A stretch of DNA of 64,000 nt from the NCBI RefSeq assembly GCF_036365525.1, contig NC_090399.1, positions 60,048,430-60,112,429 on the forward strand. Direction: 5' to 3'. Source of the stretch: Heterodontus francisci (taxonomy: Eukaryota). How positions within the stretch are numbered: the stretch's first letter is position 1; each line of letters starts with the position of its first letter. Positions 26,001-40,100 of this stretch are shown here, one piece after another. Made by a program: the position numbers and the translations under genes. The notes under the pieces were generated by a model. That model did no database searches. It saw nothing but the letters and a program-made list of their open reading frames with translations, and had not been told where the DNA came from.

Positions 26001-29000
26001 CTCTGTGACCACACCCTCCAATCCCTCCCTCTGATCTCTCAGTGACCACACCCACCAATCTCTCCCTCTGATCTCTCGGTGACCACACTCTCCAATCTCT
26101 CTCTCTGATCTCTCTGTGACCACACCCTCCAATCTCTCTCTCTGATCTCTCTGTGACCACACCCTCCAATCTCTCCCTCTGATCTCTCTGTGACATCCCA
26201 CCAATCTCTCCCTCTGACCTCTCTGTGACCACACCCTCCAATCTCTCTCTCTGATCTCTCTGTGACTACACCCTCCAATCTTTCCCTCTGATCTCTCTGT
26301 GACCACACCCTCCAATCTCTCCCTCTGATCTCTCTGTGAACACACCCTCCAATCTCTCCCTCTGATCTCTCTGTGACCACACCCTCCAATCTCTCTCTCT
26401 GATCTCTCTGTGACCACACCCTCCAATCTCTCCCTCTGATCTCTCTGTGACCGGACCCTCCAATCTCTCCCTCTGATCTCTCTGTGACCACACCCTCCAA
26501 TCTCTCTCTCTGATCTCTCTGTGACCACACCCTCCAATCTCTCCCTCTGATCTCTCTGTGACCACACCCTCCCATCTCTCCCTCTGAGCTCTCTGTGACC
26601 ACACTCTCCAATCTCTCTTTCTGATCTCTCTGTGACCACACCCTCCAATCTTTCCCTCTGATCTCTCTGTGACCAGACCCTCCAATCTTTCCCTCTGATC
26701 TCTCTGTGACCACACCCACCAATCTCTCCCTCTGAGCTCTCTGTGACCACACTCTCCAATCTCTCTTTCTGATCTCTCTGTGACCACACCCTCCAATCAC
26801 TCTCTCTGATCTCTCTGTGACCACAGCCTCCCATCTCTCCCTTTGAGCTCTCTGTGACCACACTCTCCAATCTCTCCCTCTGATCTCTCTGTGACCACAC
26901 CCTCCAATCTCTCCCTCTGATCTCTCTGTGACATCCCACCAATCTCTCCCTCTGATCTCTCTGTGACCACACCCTCCAATCTCTCTCTCTGATCTCTCTG
27001 TGACCACACCCTCCAATCTCTCTCTCTGATCTCTCTGTGACATCCCACCAATCTCTCCCTCTGATCTCTCTGTGACCACACCCTCCAATCTCTCTCTCTC
27101 ATCTCTCTGTGACCACACCCTCCAATCTCTCCCTCTGATCTCTCTGTGACCAGACCCTCCAATCTCTCCCTCTGATCTCTCTGTGACCACACCCTCCAAT
27201 CTCTCCCTCTGACCTCTCTGTGACCACACCCTCCAATCTTTCCCTCTGATCTCTCTGTGACCACACCCTCCAATCTCTCCCTCTGATCTCTCTGTGACCA
27301 CACCCTCCAATCTCTCCCGCTGATCTCTCTGTGACCACACCCTCCAATCTCTCTCTCTGATCTCTCTGTGACCACACCCTCCAATCTCTCCCTCTGATCT
27401 CTCTGTGACCAGACCCTCCCATCTCTCTCTCTGATCTCTCTGTGACCACACCCACCAATCTCTCTCTCTCATCTCTCTGTGACCACACCCTCCCATCTCT
27501 CTCTCTGATCTCTCTGTGACCACACCCTCCAATCTCTCCCTCTGATCTCTCTGTGACCACACCCACCAATCACTCTCTCTGATATCTCTGTGACCACACC
27601 CACCAATCTCTCTCTCTCATCTCTCTGTGACCACACCCTCCCATCTCTCTCTCTGATTTCTCTGTGACCAGACCCTCCAATCTCTCCCTCTAATCTCTCT
27701 GTGACCACAGCCTCCAATCTCTCCCTCTGATCTCTCTGTGACCACACCCTCCAATCTCTCCCTCTAATCTCTCTGTGACCACAGCCTCCAATCTCACCCT
27801 CTGATCTCTCTGTGACCACACCCTCCAATCTCTCCCTCTGATCTCTCTGTGACCAGACCCTCCAATCTTTCCCTCTGATCTCTCTGTGACCAGACCCTCC
27901 AATCTCTCCCTCTAATCTCTCTGTGACCACAGCCTCCAATCTCTCCCTCTGATCTCTCTGTGACCACACCCTCCAATCTCTCCCTCTGATCTCTCTGTGA
28001 CCACACCCTCCAATCTCTCCCTCTGATCTCTCTGTGACCACAACTGCCAATCTCTCCCTCTGAGCTCTCTGTGACCACACTCTCCAATCTCTCCCTCTGA
28101 TCTCTCTGTGACCACACCCTCCAATCTCTCCCTCTGATCTCTCTGTGACATCCCACCAATCTCTCCCTCTGACCTCTCTGTGACCACACCCACCAATCTC
28201 TCCCTCTGATCTCTCTGTGACCACACCCACCAATCTCTCCCTCTAATCTCTCTGTGACCACAGCCTCCAATCTCTCCCTCTGATCTCTCTGTGACCACAC
28301 CCTCCAATCTCTCCCTCTAATCTCTCTGTGACCACAGCCTCCAATCTCACCCTCTGAGCTCTCTGTGACCACACCCTCCAATCTCTCCCTCTGATCTCTC
28401 TGTGACCAGACCCTCCAATCTTTCCCTCTGATCTCTCTGTGACCAGACCCTCCAATCTCTCCCTCTAATCTCTCTGTGACCACAGCCTCCAATCTCTCCC
28501 TCTGATCTCTCTGTGACCACACCCTCCAATCTCTCCCTCTGATCTCTCTGTGACCACACCCTCCAATCTCTCCCTCTGATCTCTCTGTGACCACAACTGC
28601 CAATCTCTCCCTCTGAGCTCTCTGTGACCACACTCTCCAATCTCTCCCTCTGATCTCTCTGTGACCACACCCTCCAATCTCTCCCTCTGATCTCTCTGTG
28701 ACATCCCACCAATCTCTCCCTCTGACCTCTCTGTGACCACACCCACCAATCTCTCCCTCTGATCTCTCTGTGACCACACCCTCCAATCTCTCTCTCTGAC
28801 CTCTCTGTGACCACACCCTCCAATCTCTCCCTCTGATCTCTCTGTGACCACACCCTCCAATCTCTCTGATCTCCCAGTGACCACACCCTCCAATCTCTCC
28901 CTCTGAGCTCTCTGTGCCACACCCTCCAATCTTTCCCTCTGATCTCTCTGTGACCACACCCTCCAATCTCTCCCTCTGATCTCTCTGTGACCACAGCCTC

Positions 29001-32000
29001 CAATCTCTCCCTCTGATCTCTCTGTGACCATAGCCTCCAATCTCTCCCTCTGATCTCTCTGTGACATCCCACCAATCTCTCCCTCTGACCTCTCTGTGAC
29101 CACACCCTCCAATCTCTCCCTCTGATCTCTCTGTGACCACACCCTCCAATCTCTCCCTCTGAGCTCTCTGTGCCACACCCCCCAATCCTTCCCTCTGATC
29201 TCTCTGTGACCACACCCTCCAATCTCTCTCTCTGATCTCTCTGTGACCACACCCTCCAATCTCTCTCTCTGATCTCTCTGTGACCACACCCTCCAATCTC
29301 TCACTCTGACCTCTCTGTGACCACACCCTCCAATCACTGTCTCAGATCTCTCTGTGACCAGACCCTCCAATCTCTCTCTCTGATCTCTCTGTGACCACAC
29401 CCTCCAATCTCTCACTCTGATCTCTCTGTGACCACACCCTCCAATCACTCTCTCAGATCTCTCTGTGACCACACCCTCCAATCTCTCTCTCTGATCTCTC
29501 TGTGCCACACCCTCCAATCTCTCTCTCTGTTCTCTCTGTGCCACACCCTCCAATCTCTCTCTCTGATCTCTCTGTGCCACACCCTCCAATCTCTCCCTCT
29601 GATCTCTCTGTGACCACACCCTCCAATCTCTCCCTCTGATCTCTCTGTGACCACACCCTCCAATCTCTCCCTCTGATCTCTCTGTGCCACACCCTCCAAT
29701 CTCTCTCTCTGATCTCTCTGTGCCACACCCTCCAATCTCTCCCTCTGATCTCTCTGTGACCACACCCTCCAATCTCTCCCTCTGATCTCTCTGTGACCAC
29801 ACCCTCCAATCTCTCCCTGTGATCTCTCTGTGACCACACCCTCCAATCTCTCTCTCTGATCTCTATGTGACCACACCCTCCAATCACTCTCTCTGATCTC
29901 TCTGTGACCAATCCCTCCAATCTTTCCCTCTGATCTCTCTGTGACCACACCCACCAATCTCTCCCTCTAATCTCTCAGTGATCACACCCTCCAATCTCTC
30001 CCTCTGAGCTCTCTGTGACCACACCCTCCAATCTCTCCCTCTGAGCTCTCTGTGACCACACCCTCCAATCACTCTCTCTGATTTCTCTGTGACCACACCC
30101 TCCAATCCCTCCCTCTGATCTCTCAGTGACCACACCCACCAATCTCTCCCTCTGATCTCTCGGTGACCACACTCTCCAATCTCTCTCTCTGATCTCTCTG
30201 TGACCACACACTCCAATCTTTCCCTCTGATCTCTCTGTGACCACACCCTCCAATCTCTCTCTCTGATCTCTCTGTGACCACACCCTCCAATCTCTCCCTC
30301 TGATCTCTCTGTGACATCCCACGAATCTCTCCCTCTGACCTCTCTGTGACCACACCCTCCAATCTCTCTCTCTGATCTCTCTGTGACTACACCCTCCAAT
30401 CTTTCCCTCTGATCTCTCTGTGACCACACCCTCCAATCTCTCCCTCTGATCTCTCTGTGAACACACCCTCCAATCTCTCCCTCTGATCTCTCTGTGACCA
30501 CACCCTCCAATCTCTCTCTCTGATCTCTCTGTGACTACACCCTCCAATCTTTCCCTCTGATCTCTCTGTGACCACACCCTCCAATCTCTGCCTCTGATCT
30601 CTCTGTGAACACACCCTCCAATCTCTCCCTCTGATCTCTCTGTGACCACACCCTCCAATCTGTCTCTCTGATCTCTCTGTGACCACACCCTCCAATCTCT
30701 CCCTCTGATCTCTCTGTGACCACACCCTCCAATCTCTCCCTCTGATCTCTCTGTGAGCACACCCTCCAATCTCTCCCTCTGATCTCTCTGTGACTAGACC
30801 CTCCAATCTCTCCCTCTGATCTCTCTGTGACCACACCCTCCAATCTCTCCCTCTGATCTCTCTGTGACCACACCCTCCCATCTCTCTCTCTGATCTGTCT
30901 GTGACCAGACCCTCCAATCTCTCCCTCTGATCTCTCTGTGACCACACCCACCAATCTCTCCCTCTGATCTCTCTGAGACCACACCCACCAAACTCTCTCT
31001 CTCATCTCTCTGTGACCACACCCTCCCATCTCTCTCTCTGATCTCTCTGTGACCACACCCTCCAATCTCTCCCTCTGATCTCTCTGTGACCACACCCACC
31101 AATCACTCTCTCTGATATCTCTGTGACCACACCCTCCAATCTCTCACTCTGACCTCTCTGTGACCACACCCTCCAATCACTCTCTCTGATCTCTCTGTGT
31201 CCACACCCTCCCATCTCTCTCTCTGATCTCTCTGTGACCACACCCTCCAATCTCTCCCTCTGATCTCTCTGTGACCACACCCACCAATCACTCTCTCTGA
31301 TATCTCTGTGACCACACCCTCCAATCTCTCACTCTGACCTCTCTGTGACCACACCCACCAATCACTCTCTCTGATATCTCTGTGACCACACCCTCCAATC
31401 TCTCACTCTGACCTCTCTGTGACCACACCCTCCCATCTCTCTCTCTGATCTCTCTGTGACCACACCCTCCAATCTCTCTCTCTGATCTCTCTGTGTCCAC
31501 ACCCTCCCATCTCTCTCTCTGATTTCTCTGTGACCAGACCCTCCAATCTCTCCCTCTGATCTCTCTGTGACCAGACCCTCCAATCTTTCCCTCTGATCTC
31601 TCTGTGACCAGACCCTCCAATCTCTCCCTCTGATCTCTCTGTGACCACAGCCTCCAATCTCTCCCTCTGATCTCTCTGTGACCACACCCTCCAATCTCTC
31701 CCTCTGAGCACTCTGTGATCACACCCTCCAATCTCTCCCTCTGATCTCTCTGTGACCACAACCTCCAATCTCTCTGATCTCTCTGTGACCACACCCTCCA
31801 ATCTCTCCCTCTGAGCTCTCTGTGCCACACCCTCCACTCTTTCCCTCTGATCTCTCTGTGACCACACCCTCCAATCTCTCCCTCTGATCTCTCTGTGACC
31901 ACAGCCTCCAATCTCTCCCTCTGTGCTCTCTGTGCCACACCCTCCAATCTCTCCCTCTGATCTCTCTGTGACCACACCCACCAATCTCTCCCTCTGATCT

Positions 32001-35000
32001 CTCTGTGACCACACCCTCCAATCTCTCCCTCTGATCTCTCTGTGACCACACCCTCCAATCTCTCTCTCTGATCTCTATGTGACCACACCCTCCAATCACT
32101 CTCTCTGATCTCTCTGTGACCACACCCTCCAATCTTTCCCTCTGATCTCTCTGTGACCACACCCACCAATCTCTCCCTCTGATCTCTCAGTGACCACACC
32201 CTCCAATCTCTCCCTCTGAGCTCTCTGTGACCACACCCTCCAATCTCTCCCTCTGAGCTCTCTGTGACCACACCCTCCAATCACTCTCTCTGATTTCTCT
32301 GTGACCACACCCTCCAATCCCTCCCTCTGATCTCTCAGTGACCACACCCACCAATCTCTCCCTCTGATCTCTCGGTGACCACACTCTCCAATCTCTCTCT
32401 CTGATCTCTCTGTGACCACACCCTCCAATCTCTCTCTCTGATCTCTCTGTGACCACACCCTCCAATCTCTCCCTCTGATCTCTCTGTGACATCCCACCAA
32501 TCTCTCCCTCTGACCTCTCTGTGACCACACCCTCCAATCTCTCTCTCTGATCTCTCTGTGACTACACCCTCCAATCTTTCCCTCTGATCTCTCTGTGACC
32601 ACACCCTCCAATCTCTCCCTCTGATCTCTCTGTGAACACACCCTCCAATCTCTCCCTCTGATCTCTCTGTGACCACACCCTCCAATCTCTCTCTCTGATC
32701 TCTCTGTTACCACACCCTCCAATCTCTCCCTCTGATCTCTCTGTGAACACACCCTCCAATCTCTCCCTCTGATCTCTCTGTGAACGCACCCACCAATCTC
32801 TCTCTCTCATCTCTCTGTGACCACACCCTCCAATCTCTCCCTCTGATCTCTCTGTGACTAGACCCTCCAATCTCTCCCTCTGATCTCTCTGTGACCACAC
32901 CCTCCAATCTCTCCCTCTGATCTCTCTGTGACCACACCCTCCCATCTCTCTCTCTGATCTGTCTGTGACCAGACCCTCCAATCTCTCCCTCTGATCTCTC
33001 TGTGACCACACCCACCAATCTCTCCCTCTGATCTCTCTGTGACCACACCCACCAATCTCTCTCTCTCATCTCTCTGTGACCACACCCTCCCATCTCTCTC
33101 TCTGATCTCTCTGTGACCACACCCTCCAATCTCTCCCTCTAATCTCTCTGTGACCACACCCACCAATCACTCTCTCTGATATCTCTGTGACCACACCCTC
33201 CAATCTCTCACTCTGACCTCTCTGTGACCACACCCTCCAATCACTCTCTCAGATCTCTCTGTGTCCACACCCTCCCATCTCTCTCTCTGATTTCTCTGTG
33301 ACCAGACCCTCCAATCATTCCCTCTGATCTCTCTGTGACCAGACCCTCCAATCTCTCCCTCTGATCTCTCTGTGACCACAGCCTCCAATCTCTCCCTCTG
33401 ATCTCTCTGTGACCACACCCTCCAATCTCTCCCTCTGAGCACTCTGTGATCACACCCTCCAATCTCTCCCTCTGATCTCTCTGTGACCACAACCTCCAAT
33501 CTCTCTGATCTCTCTGTGACCACACCCTCCAATCTCTCTCTCTGAGCTCTCTGTGCCACACCCTCCACTCTTTCCCTCTGATCTCTCTGTGACCACACCC
33601 TCCAATCTCTCCCTCTGATCTCTCTGTGACCACAGCCTCCAATCTCTCCCTCTGATCTCTCTGTGAACACAGCCTCCAATCTCTCCCTCTGATCTCTCTG
33701 TGACATCCCACCAATCTCTCCCTCTGACCTCTCTGTGACCACACCCTCCAATCTCTCCCTCTGATCTCTCTGTGACCACACCCTCCAATCTCTCCCTCTG
33801 AGCTCTCTGTGCCACACCCCCCAATCTTTCCCTCTGATCTCTCTGTGACATCCCACCAATCTCTCCCTCTGACCTCTCTGTGACCACACCCTCCAATCTC
33901 TCCCTCTGATCTCTCTGTGACCACACCCTCCAATCTCTCCCTCTGATCTCTCTGTGACCACAACCTCCAATCTCTCCCTCTGAGCTCTCTGTGACCACAC
34001 CCTCCAATCTCTCCCTCTGATCTCTCTGTGACCACACCCTCCAATCTCTCCCTCTGATCTCTCTGTGACATCCCACCAATCTGTCCCTCTGACCTCTCTG
34101 TGACCACACCCTCCAATCTCTCCCTCTGATCTCTCTGTGACCACACCCTCCAATCTCTCCCTCTGAGCTCTCTGTGACCACACCCTCCAATCTCTCCCTC
34201 TGATCTCTCTGTGACCACACCCACCAATCTCTCCCTCTGATCTCTCTGTGACCACACCCTCCAATCTCTCCCTCTGATCTCTCTGTGACCACACCCACCA
34301 ATCTCTCCCTCTGATCTCTCTGTGACCACACCCACCAATCTCTCCCTCTGATCTCTCTGTGACCACACCCTCCAATCTCTCTCTCTGACCTCTCTGTGAC
34401 CACACCCTCCAATCTCTCCCTCTGATCTCTCTGTGACCACACCCTCCAATCTCTCTGATCTCTCTGTGACCACACCCTCCAATCTCTCCCTCTGAGCTCT
34501 CTGTGCCACACCCTCCAATCTTTCCCTCTGATCTCTCTGTGACCACACCCTCCAATCTCTCCCTCTGATCTCTCTGTGACCACAGCCTCCAATCTCTCCC
34601 TCTGATCTCTCTGTGACATCCCACCAATCTCTCCCTCTGACCTCTCTGTGACCGCACCCTCCAATCTCTCCCCCTGATCTCTCTGTGACCACACCCTCCA
34701 ATCACTCACTCTGATCTCTCTGTGACCACACCCTCCAATCACTCTCTCAGATCTCTCTGTGACCACACCCTCCAATCTCTCTCTCTGATCTCTCTGTGAC
34801 CACACCCTCCAATCTTTCCCTCTGATCTCTCTGTGACCACACCCTCCAATCTCTCCCTCAGATCTCTCTGTGTCCACACCCTCCAATCTCTCTCTCTGAT
34901 CTCTCTGTGACCACACCCTCCAATCTCTCACTCTGATCTCTCTGTGACCACACCCTCCAATCACTCTCTCAGATCTCTCTGTGACCACACCCTCCAATCT

Positions 35001-36310
35001 CTCTCTCTGATCTCTCTGTGACCACACCCTCCAATCTTTCCCTCTGATCTCTCTGTGACCACACCCTCCAATCTCTCCCTCTGATCTCTCTGTGACCACA
35101 CCCACCAATCTCTCCCTCTGATCTCTCTGTGACCACACCCTCCAATCTCTCCCTCTGAGCTCTCTGTGACCACACCCTCCAATCTCTCTCTCTCATCTCT
35201 CTGTGACCACACCCTCCGATCCCTCCCTCTGATCTCGCAGTGACCACACCCACCAATCTCTCCCTCTGATCTCTCGGTGACCACACTCTCCAATCTCTCT
35301 CTCTGATCTCTCTGTGACCACACCCTCCAATCTCTCCCTCTGATCTCTCTGTGACCACACCCTCCAATCTCTCCCTCTGATCTCTCTGTGACCACACCCT
35401 CCAATCTCTCCCTCTGATCTCTCTGTGACCACACCCACCAATCTCTCCCTCTGAGCTCTCTGTGACCACACCCTCCAATCACTCTCTCTGATCTCTCTGT
35501 GACCACACACTTCAATCTCTCTCTCTGATCTCTCTGTGACCACACCCTCCAATCTCTCCCTCTGATCTCTCTGTGACCACACCCTCCAATCTCTCCCTCT
35601 GATCTCTCTGTGACCACACCCTCCAATCTCTCCCTCTGATCTCTCAGTGACCACACCCACCAATCTCTCTCTCTGATCTCTCAGTGACCACACCCTCCAA
35701 TCTCTCCCTCTGATCTCTCTGTGACCACACCCTCCAATCTCTCCCTCTGATCTCTCTGTGACCACACCCTCCAATCTCTCTCTCTGATCTCTCTGTGACC
35801 ACACCCTCCAATCTCTCCCTCTGATCTCTCTGTGACCACACCCTCCAATCACTCTCTCTGATCTCTCTGGGACCACACCCTCCAATCTCTCCCTCTGATC
35901 TCTCTGTGACCACACCCTCCAATCTCTCCCTCTGATCTCTCTGTGACCACACCCTCCAATCACTCTCTCTGATCTCTCTGTAACCACACCCTCCAATCTC
36001 TCCCTCTGAGCTCTCTGTGCCACACCCTCCAATCTCTCCCTCTGATCTCTCTGTGACCACACCCTCCAATCACTCTCTCTGATCTCTCTGTGACCACACC
36101 CTCCAATCTCTCCCTCTGATCTCTCTGTGACCACACCCTCCAATCTCTCCCTCTGATCTCTCTGTGACCACACCCTCCAATCTCTCTCTCTGATCTCTCT
36201 GTGACCACACCCTCCAATCTCTCTCTCTGATCTCTCTGTGACCACACCCTCCAATCTCTCCCTCTGATCTCTCTGTGACCACACCCTCCAATCTCTCTGT
36301 GACATCCCTC
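14078..36310. repeat. 37-bp satellite, about 600 copies, with higher-order duplications
   Basis: Unit ctctctgtgaccacaccctccaatctctccctctgat with 35- and 31-bp variants. Degenerate proto-repeat flanks at 13810-14077 and 36310-36600. Confidence 0.99.
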
Positions 36311-36699
36311 CAATCTCGCCCAGTTCCCTCCAAAATCTCCCTCAGATTTATCCCCCACCGCTCCAATCTTCCCCTGATCCCCCTCCAAAATCTCCCTCTG
36401 ATCTCCCATAGGTCCCCACCAATTTCTCCCACCAAACTCTCTCTCAGATTTCTCCCTCTGATCTCTATCTGTATTCCCTCTAATTCCTCTATGATTGCTC
36501 CTTGACCCTTTCCCTCTCTTTCTCTGATATATGACACACCCTCCCCTCTGATCATTCTGTATTGTCTCTGATCCACCATCTCTGCCCCATCTCTCTCTGA
36601 CCCCCATCCCCCACACGATCCCACCCGGACCCTCGACACCTTGCTGTAACCCCCCTCACCCGCCCCCCACCCCACCCTCTGTGACCCTGCAATCTTTAC

Positions 36700-36807
36700 C
36701 CTAAGCAGCATGAAACTTCCTGCTCCTGAGCTCGAGCCTTTCTGCAGTGTTCCACTCCCTCCAGCGAGCTGAGCCTGTCAATCAGACTGGGGATTGGGGC
36801 AGAGAAC
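36700..36807 (-). other. Candidate 108-nt orphan exon
   Basis: Minus strand tttgtttttttaacAG|GTTCTC...CTTAGG|GTAAAG; one open frame FSAPIPSLIDRLSSLEGVEHCRKARAQEQEVSCCL; no recognised homology. Confidence 0.3.
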
Positions 36808-36954
36808 CTGTTAAAAAAACAAATGCACAATGTGTAGTTGAAACTCCACGCTGCCATCTAAATATGGAGTCAGGGGTTACCCAGTCTGAACTCTTCTCCC
36901 CAGCTAGAAAATCCCACCTCAGTAAACACCGGGTTATTAACGTGGTTTTTCCCA

Positions 36955-37139
36955 CCACTGATGCTGCCTGATCGGCTGAACATTTCCAGCATTTCCTGTT
37001 TTTTAAAACAAATCGCTTTGATTCTCAACAGTCCTGAGTTTTTCACCATTTATCTTTGTTGTGTCCAAAGTGGATGACGACTCACTTCCCCACATTAAAC
37101 ACCATTTACCACAGCATCATCCACTCTCTTAACCTGTAT
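36955..37139. mobile_element. Short Penelope-repeat and CR1 fragments
   Basis: gatgctgcctgatcggctgaacatttccagcattt (PLE-like) followed by tgtccaaagtggatgac..cacttccccacattaaac (minus-strand CR1 RT-like). Confidence 0.5.
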
Positions 37140-40100
37140 ATGGCACCTCCGACACTGCAGCACTCCCTCAGTTACCGACCCACCAACAATGCAGCACTCC
37201 CTCAGCACCGACTCACCAACAATGCAGCACTCCCTCAGCACCGACTCACCAACAATGCAGCACTCCCTCAGTACTGACCCACCGACAGTGCAGCACTCCC
37301 TCAGTACTGACCCTCTGACAATGCAGCACTCCCTCAGGACCGACCCACTGACAGTGCAGCTGTCCCTCAGTACTGACCCACCGACAGTGCAGCTCTCCCT
37401 CAGTACCGACCCACCGACAATGCAGCTGTCCCTCAGTACTGACCCTCTGACAATGCAGCCCTCCCTCAGTACCGACCCACTGACAATGCAGCTCTCCCTC
37501 AGTACTGACCCACCGACACTGCAGCCTTCCCTCAGTACTGACCCACCGACAATGCAGCACTCCCTCAGTACCGACCCACTGACAATGCAGCTCTCCCTCA
37601 GTACTGACCCACCGACAGTGCAGCACACCCTCAGTACTTACCCTCTGACAGTGCAGCCCTCCCTCAGTACCGACCCACCTAGAGTGCAGCTCTCCCTCAG
37701 TACCGACCCACCGACAATGCAGCACTCCCTCAGTACTTACCCTCTGACAGTGCAGCCCTCCCTCAGTACTGACCCACCGACAGTGCAGCCCTCCCTCAGT
37801 ACTGACCCACCGACAGTGCAGCACTCCCTCAGTACTGACCCACCGACAGTGCAGCACTCCCTCAGTACTGACCCTCTGACAGTGCAGCTCTCCCTCAGTA
37901 CCGACCCACCGACAATGCAGCTCTCCCTCAGTACCGACCCACCGACAATGCAGCTGTCCCTCAGTACTTACTCTCTGACAGTGCAGCCCTCCCTCAGTAT
38001 TGACCCTCTGACAATGCAGCTCACCCTCTGTACCGACCCACCGACAGTGCAGCTCTCCCTCAGTACTGACCCACCGACAGTGCAGCTCTCCCTCAGTACT
38101 GACCCACCGACAGTGCAGCTTTCCCTCAGTACTGACCCACCGACAATGCAGCACTCCCTCAGTACCGACCCACTGACAATGCAGCTCTCCCTCAGTACTG
38201 ACCCACCGACAGTGCAGCACACCCTCAGTACTTATCCTCTGACAGTGCAGCCCTCCCTCAGTATTGACCCACCGACAGTGCAGCTCTCCCTCAGTACCGA
38301 CCCACCGACAATGCAGCACTCCCTCAGTACTTACCCTCTGACAGTGCAGCCCTCCCTCAGTACTGACCTACCGACAATGCAGCACTCCCTCAGTACTGAC
38401 CCACCGACAGTGCAGCACTCCCTCAGTACTGACCCACCGACAATGCAGCACTCCCTCAGTACTGACCCACCGACAGTGCAGCACTCCCTCAGTACTGACC
38501 CTCTGACAATGCAGCACTCCCTCAGTACCGACCCACTGACCGTGCAGCTCTCCCTCAGTACTGACCCACCGACAGTGCAGCTCTCCCTCAGTACCGACCC
38601 ACCGACAATGCAGCTGTCCCTCAGTACTGACCCTCTGACAGTGCAGCCCTCCCTCAGTATTGACCCTCTGACAATGCAGCTCTCTCTCAGTACCGACCCA
38701 CCGACAGTGCAGCTCTCCCTCAGTACTGACCCACCGACAGTGCAGCTCTCCCTCAGTACCGACCTACCGACAATGCAGCTGTCCCTCAGTACTTACCCTC
38801 TGACAGTGCAGCCCTCCCTCAGTACTGACCCTCTGACAATGCAGCACTCCTTCAGTACTGACCCACCGACAGTGCAGCTCTCCCTCAGTACCGACCCACC
38901 GACAATGCAGCTGTCCCTCAGTACTTACCCTCTGACAGTGCAGCCCTCCCTCAGTACTTACCCTCTGACAGTGCAGCCCTCCCTCAGTACTTACCCTCTG
39001 ACAGTGCAGCCCTCCCTCAGTACTTACCCTCTGACAATGCAGCTTTCCCTCAATACTGACCCACCGACAATGCAGCTCTCCCTCAGTACTGACCCACCGA
39101 CAGTGCAGCTCTCCCTCAGGACTGACCCACCGACAGTGCAGCTCTCCCTCAGTACTGACCCACCGACAGTGCAGCACTCCCTCAGTACTGACCCAACGAC
39201 ACTGCAGCTTTCCCTCAGGACTGACCCACCGACAATGCAGCACTCCCTCAGTACCGACCCACTGACAATGCAGCTCTCCCGCAGTACTGACCCACCGACA
39301 GTGCAGCACTCCCTCAGTACTTATCCTCTGACAGTGCAGCCCTCCCTCAGTACTGACCCACCGACAGTGCAGCTCTCCCTCAGTACCGACCCACCGACAA
39401 TGCAGCACTCCCTCAGTACTTACCCTCTGACAGTGCAGCCCTCCCTCAGTACTGACCCACCGACAGTGCAGCTCTCCCTCAGTACCGACCCACCGACAAT
39501 GCAGCACTCCCTCAGTACTTACCCTCTGACAGTGCAGCCCATCTCAGTACTGACCCACCGACAGTGCAGCCCTCCCTCAGTACTGACCCACCGACAGTGC
39601 AGCACTCCCTCAGTACTGACCCACCGACAGTGCAGCACTCCCTCAGTACTGACCCTCTGACAATGCAGCTCACCCTCTGTACCGACCCACCGACAGTGCA
39701 ACTCTCCCTCAGTACTGACCCACCGACAGTGCAGCTCTCCCTCAGTACTGACCCACCGACAATGCAGCACTCCCTCAGTACCGACCCACTGACAATGCAG
39801 CTCTCCCTCAGTACTGACCCACCGACAGTGCAGCACTCCCTCAGTACTTATCCTCTGACAGTGCAGCCCTCCCTCAGTACTGACCCACCGACAGTGCAGC
39901 TCTCCCTCAGTACCGACCCACCGACAATGCAGCACTCCCTCAGTACTTACCCTCTGACAGTGCAGCCCTCCCTCAGTACTGACCCACCGACAATGCAGCA
40001 CTCCCTCAGTACTGACCCACCGACAGTGCAGCACTCTCTCAGTACTGACCCACCGCAAATGCAGCTGTCCCTCAGTACTTACCCTCTGACAGTGCAGCCC

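Noticed and set aside
13661-36711. Dozens of long Arg/Glu/Gly/Trp-rich ORFs (up to 740 aa)
   Set aside because: They are translations of a 37-bp unit that cycles through all three minus-strand frames; no splice or domain evidence.
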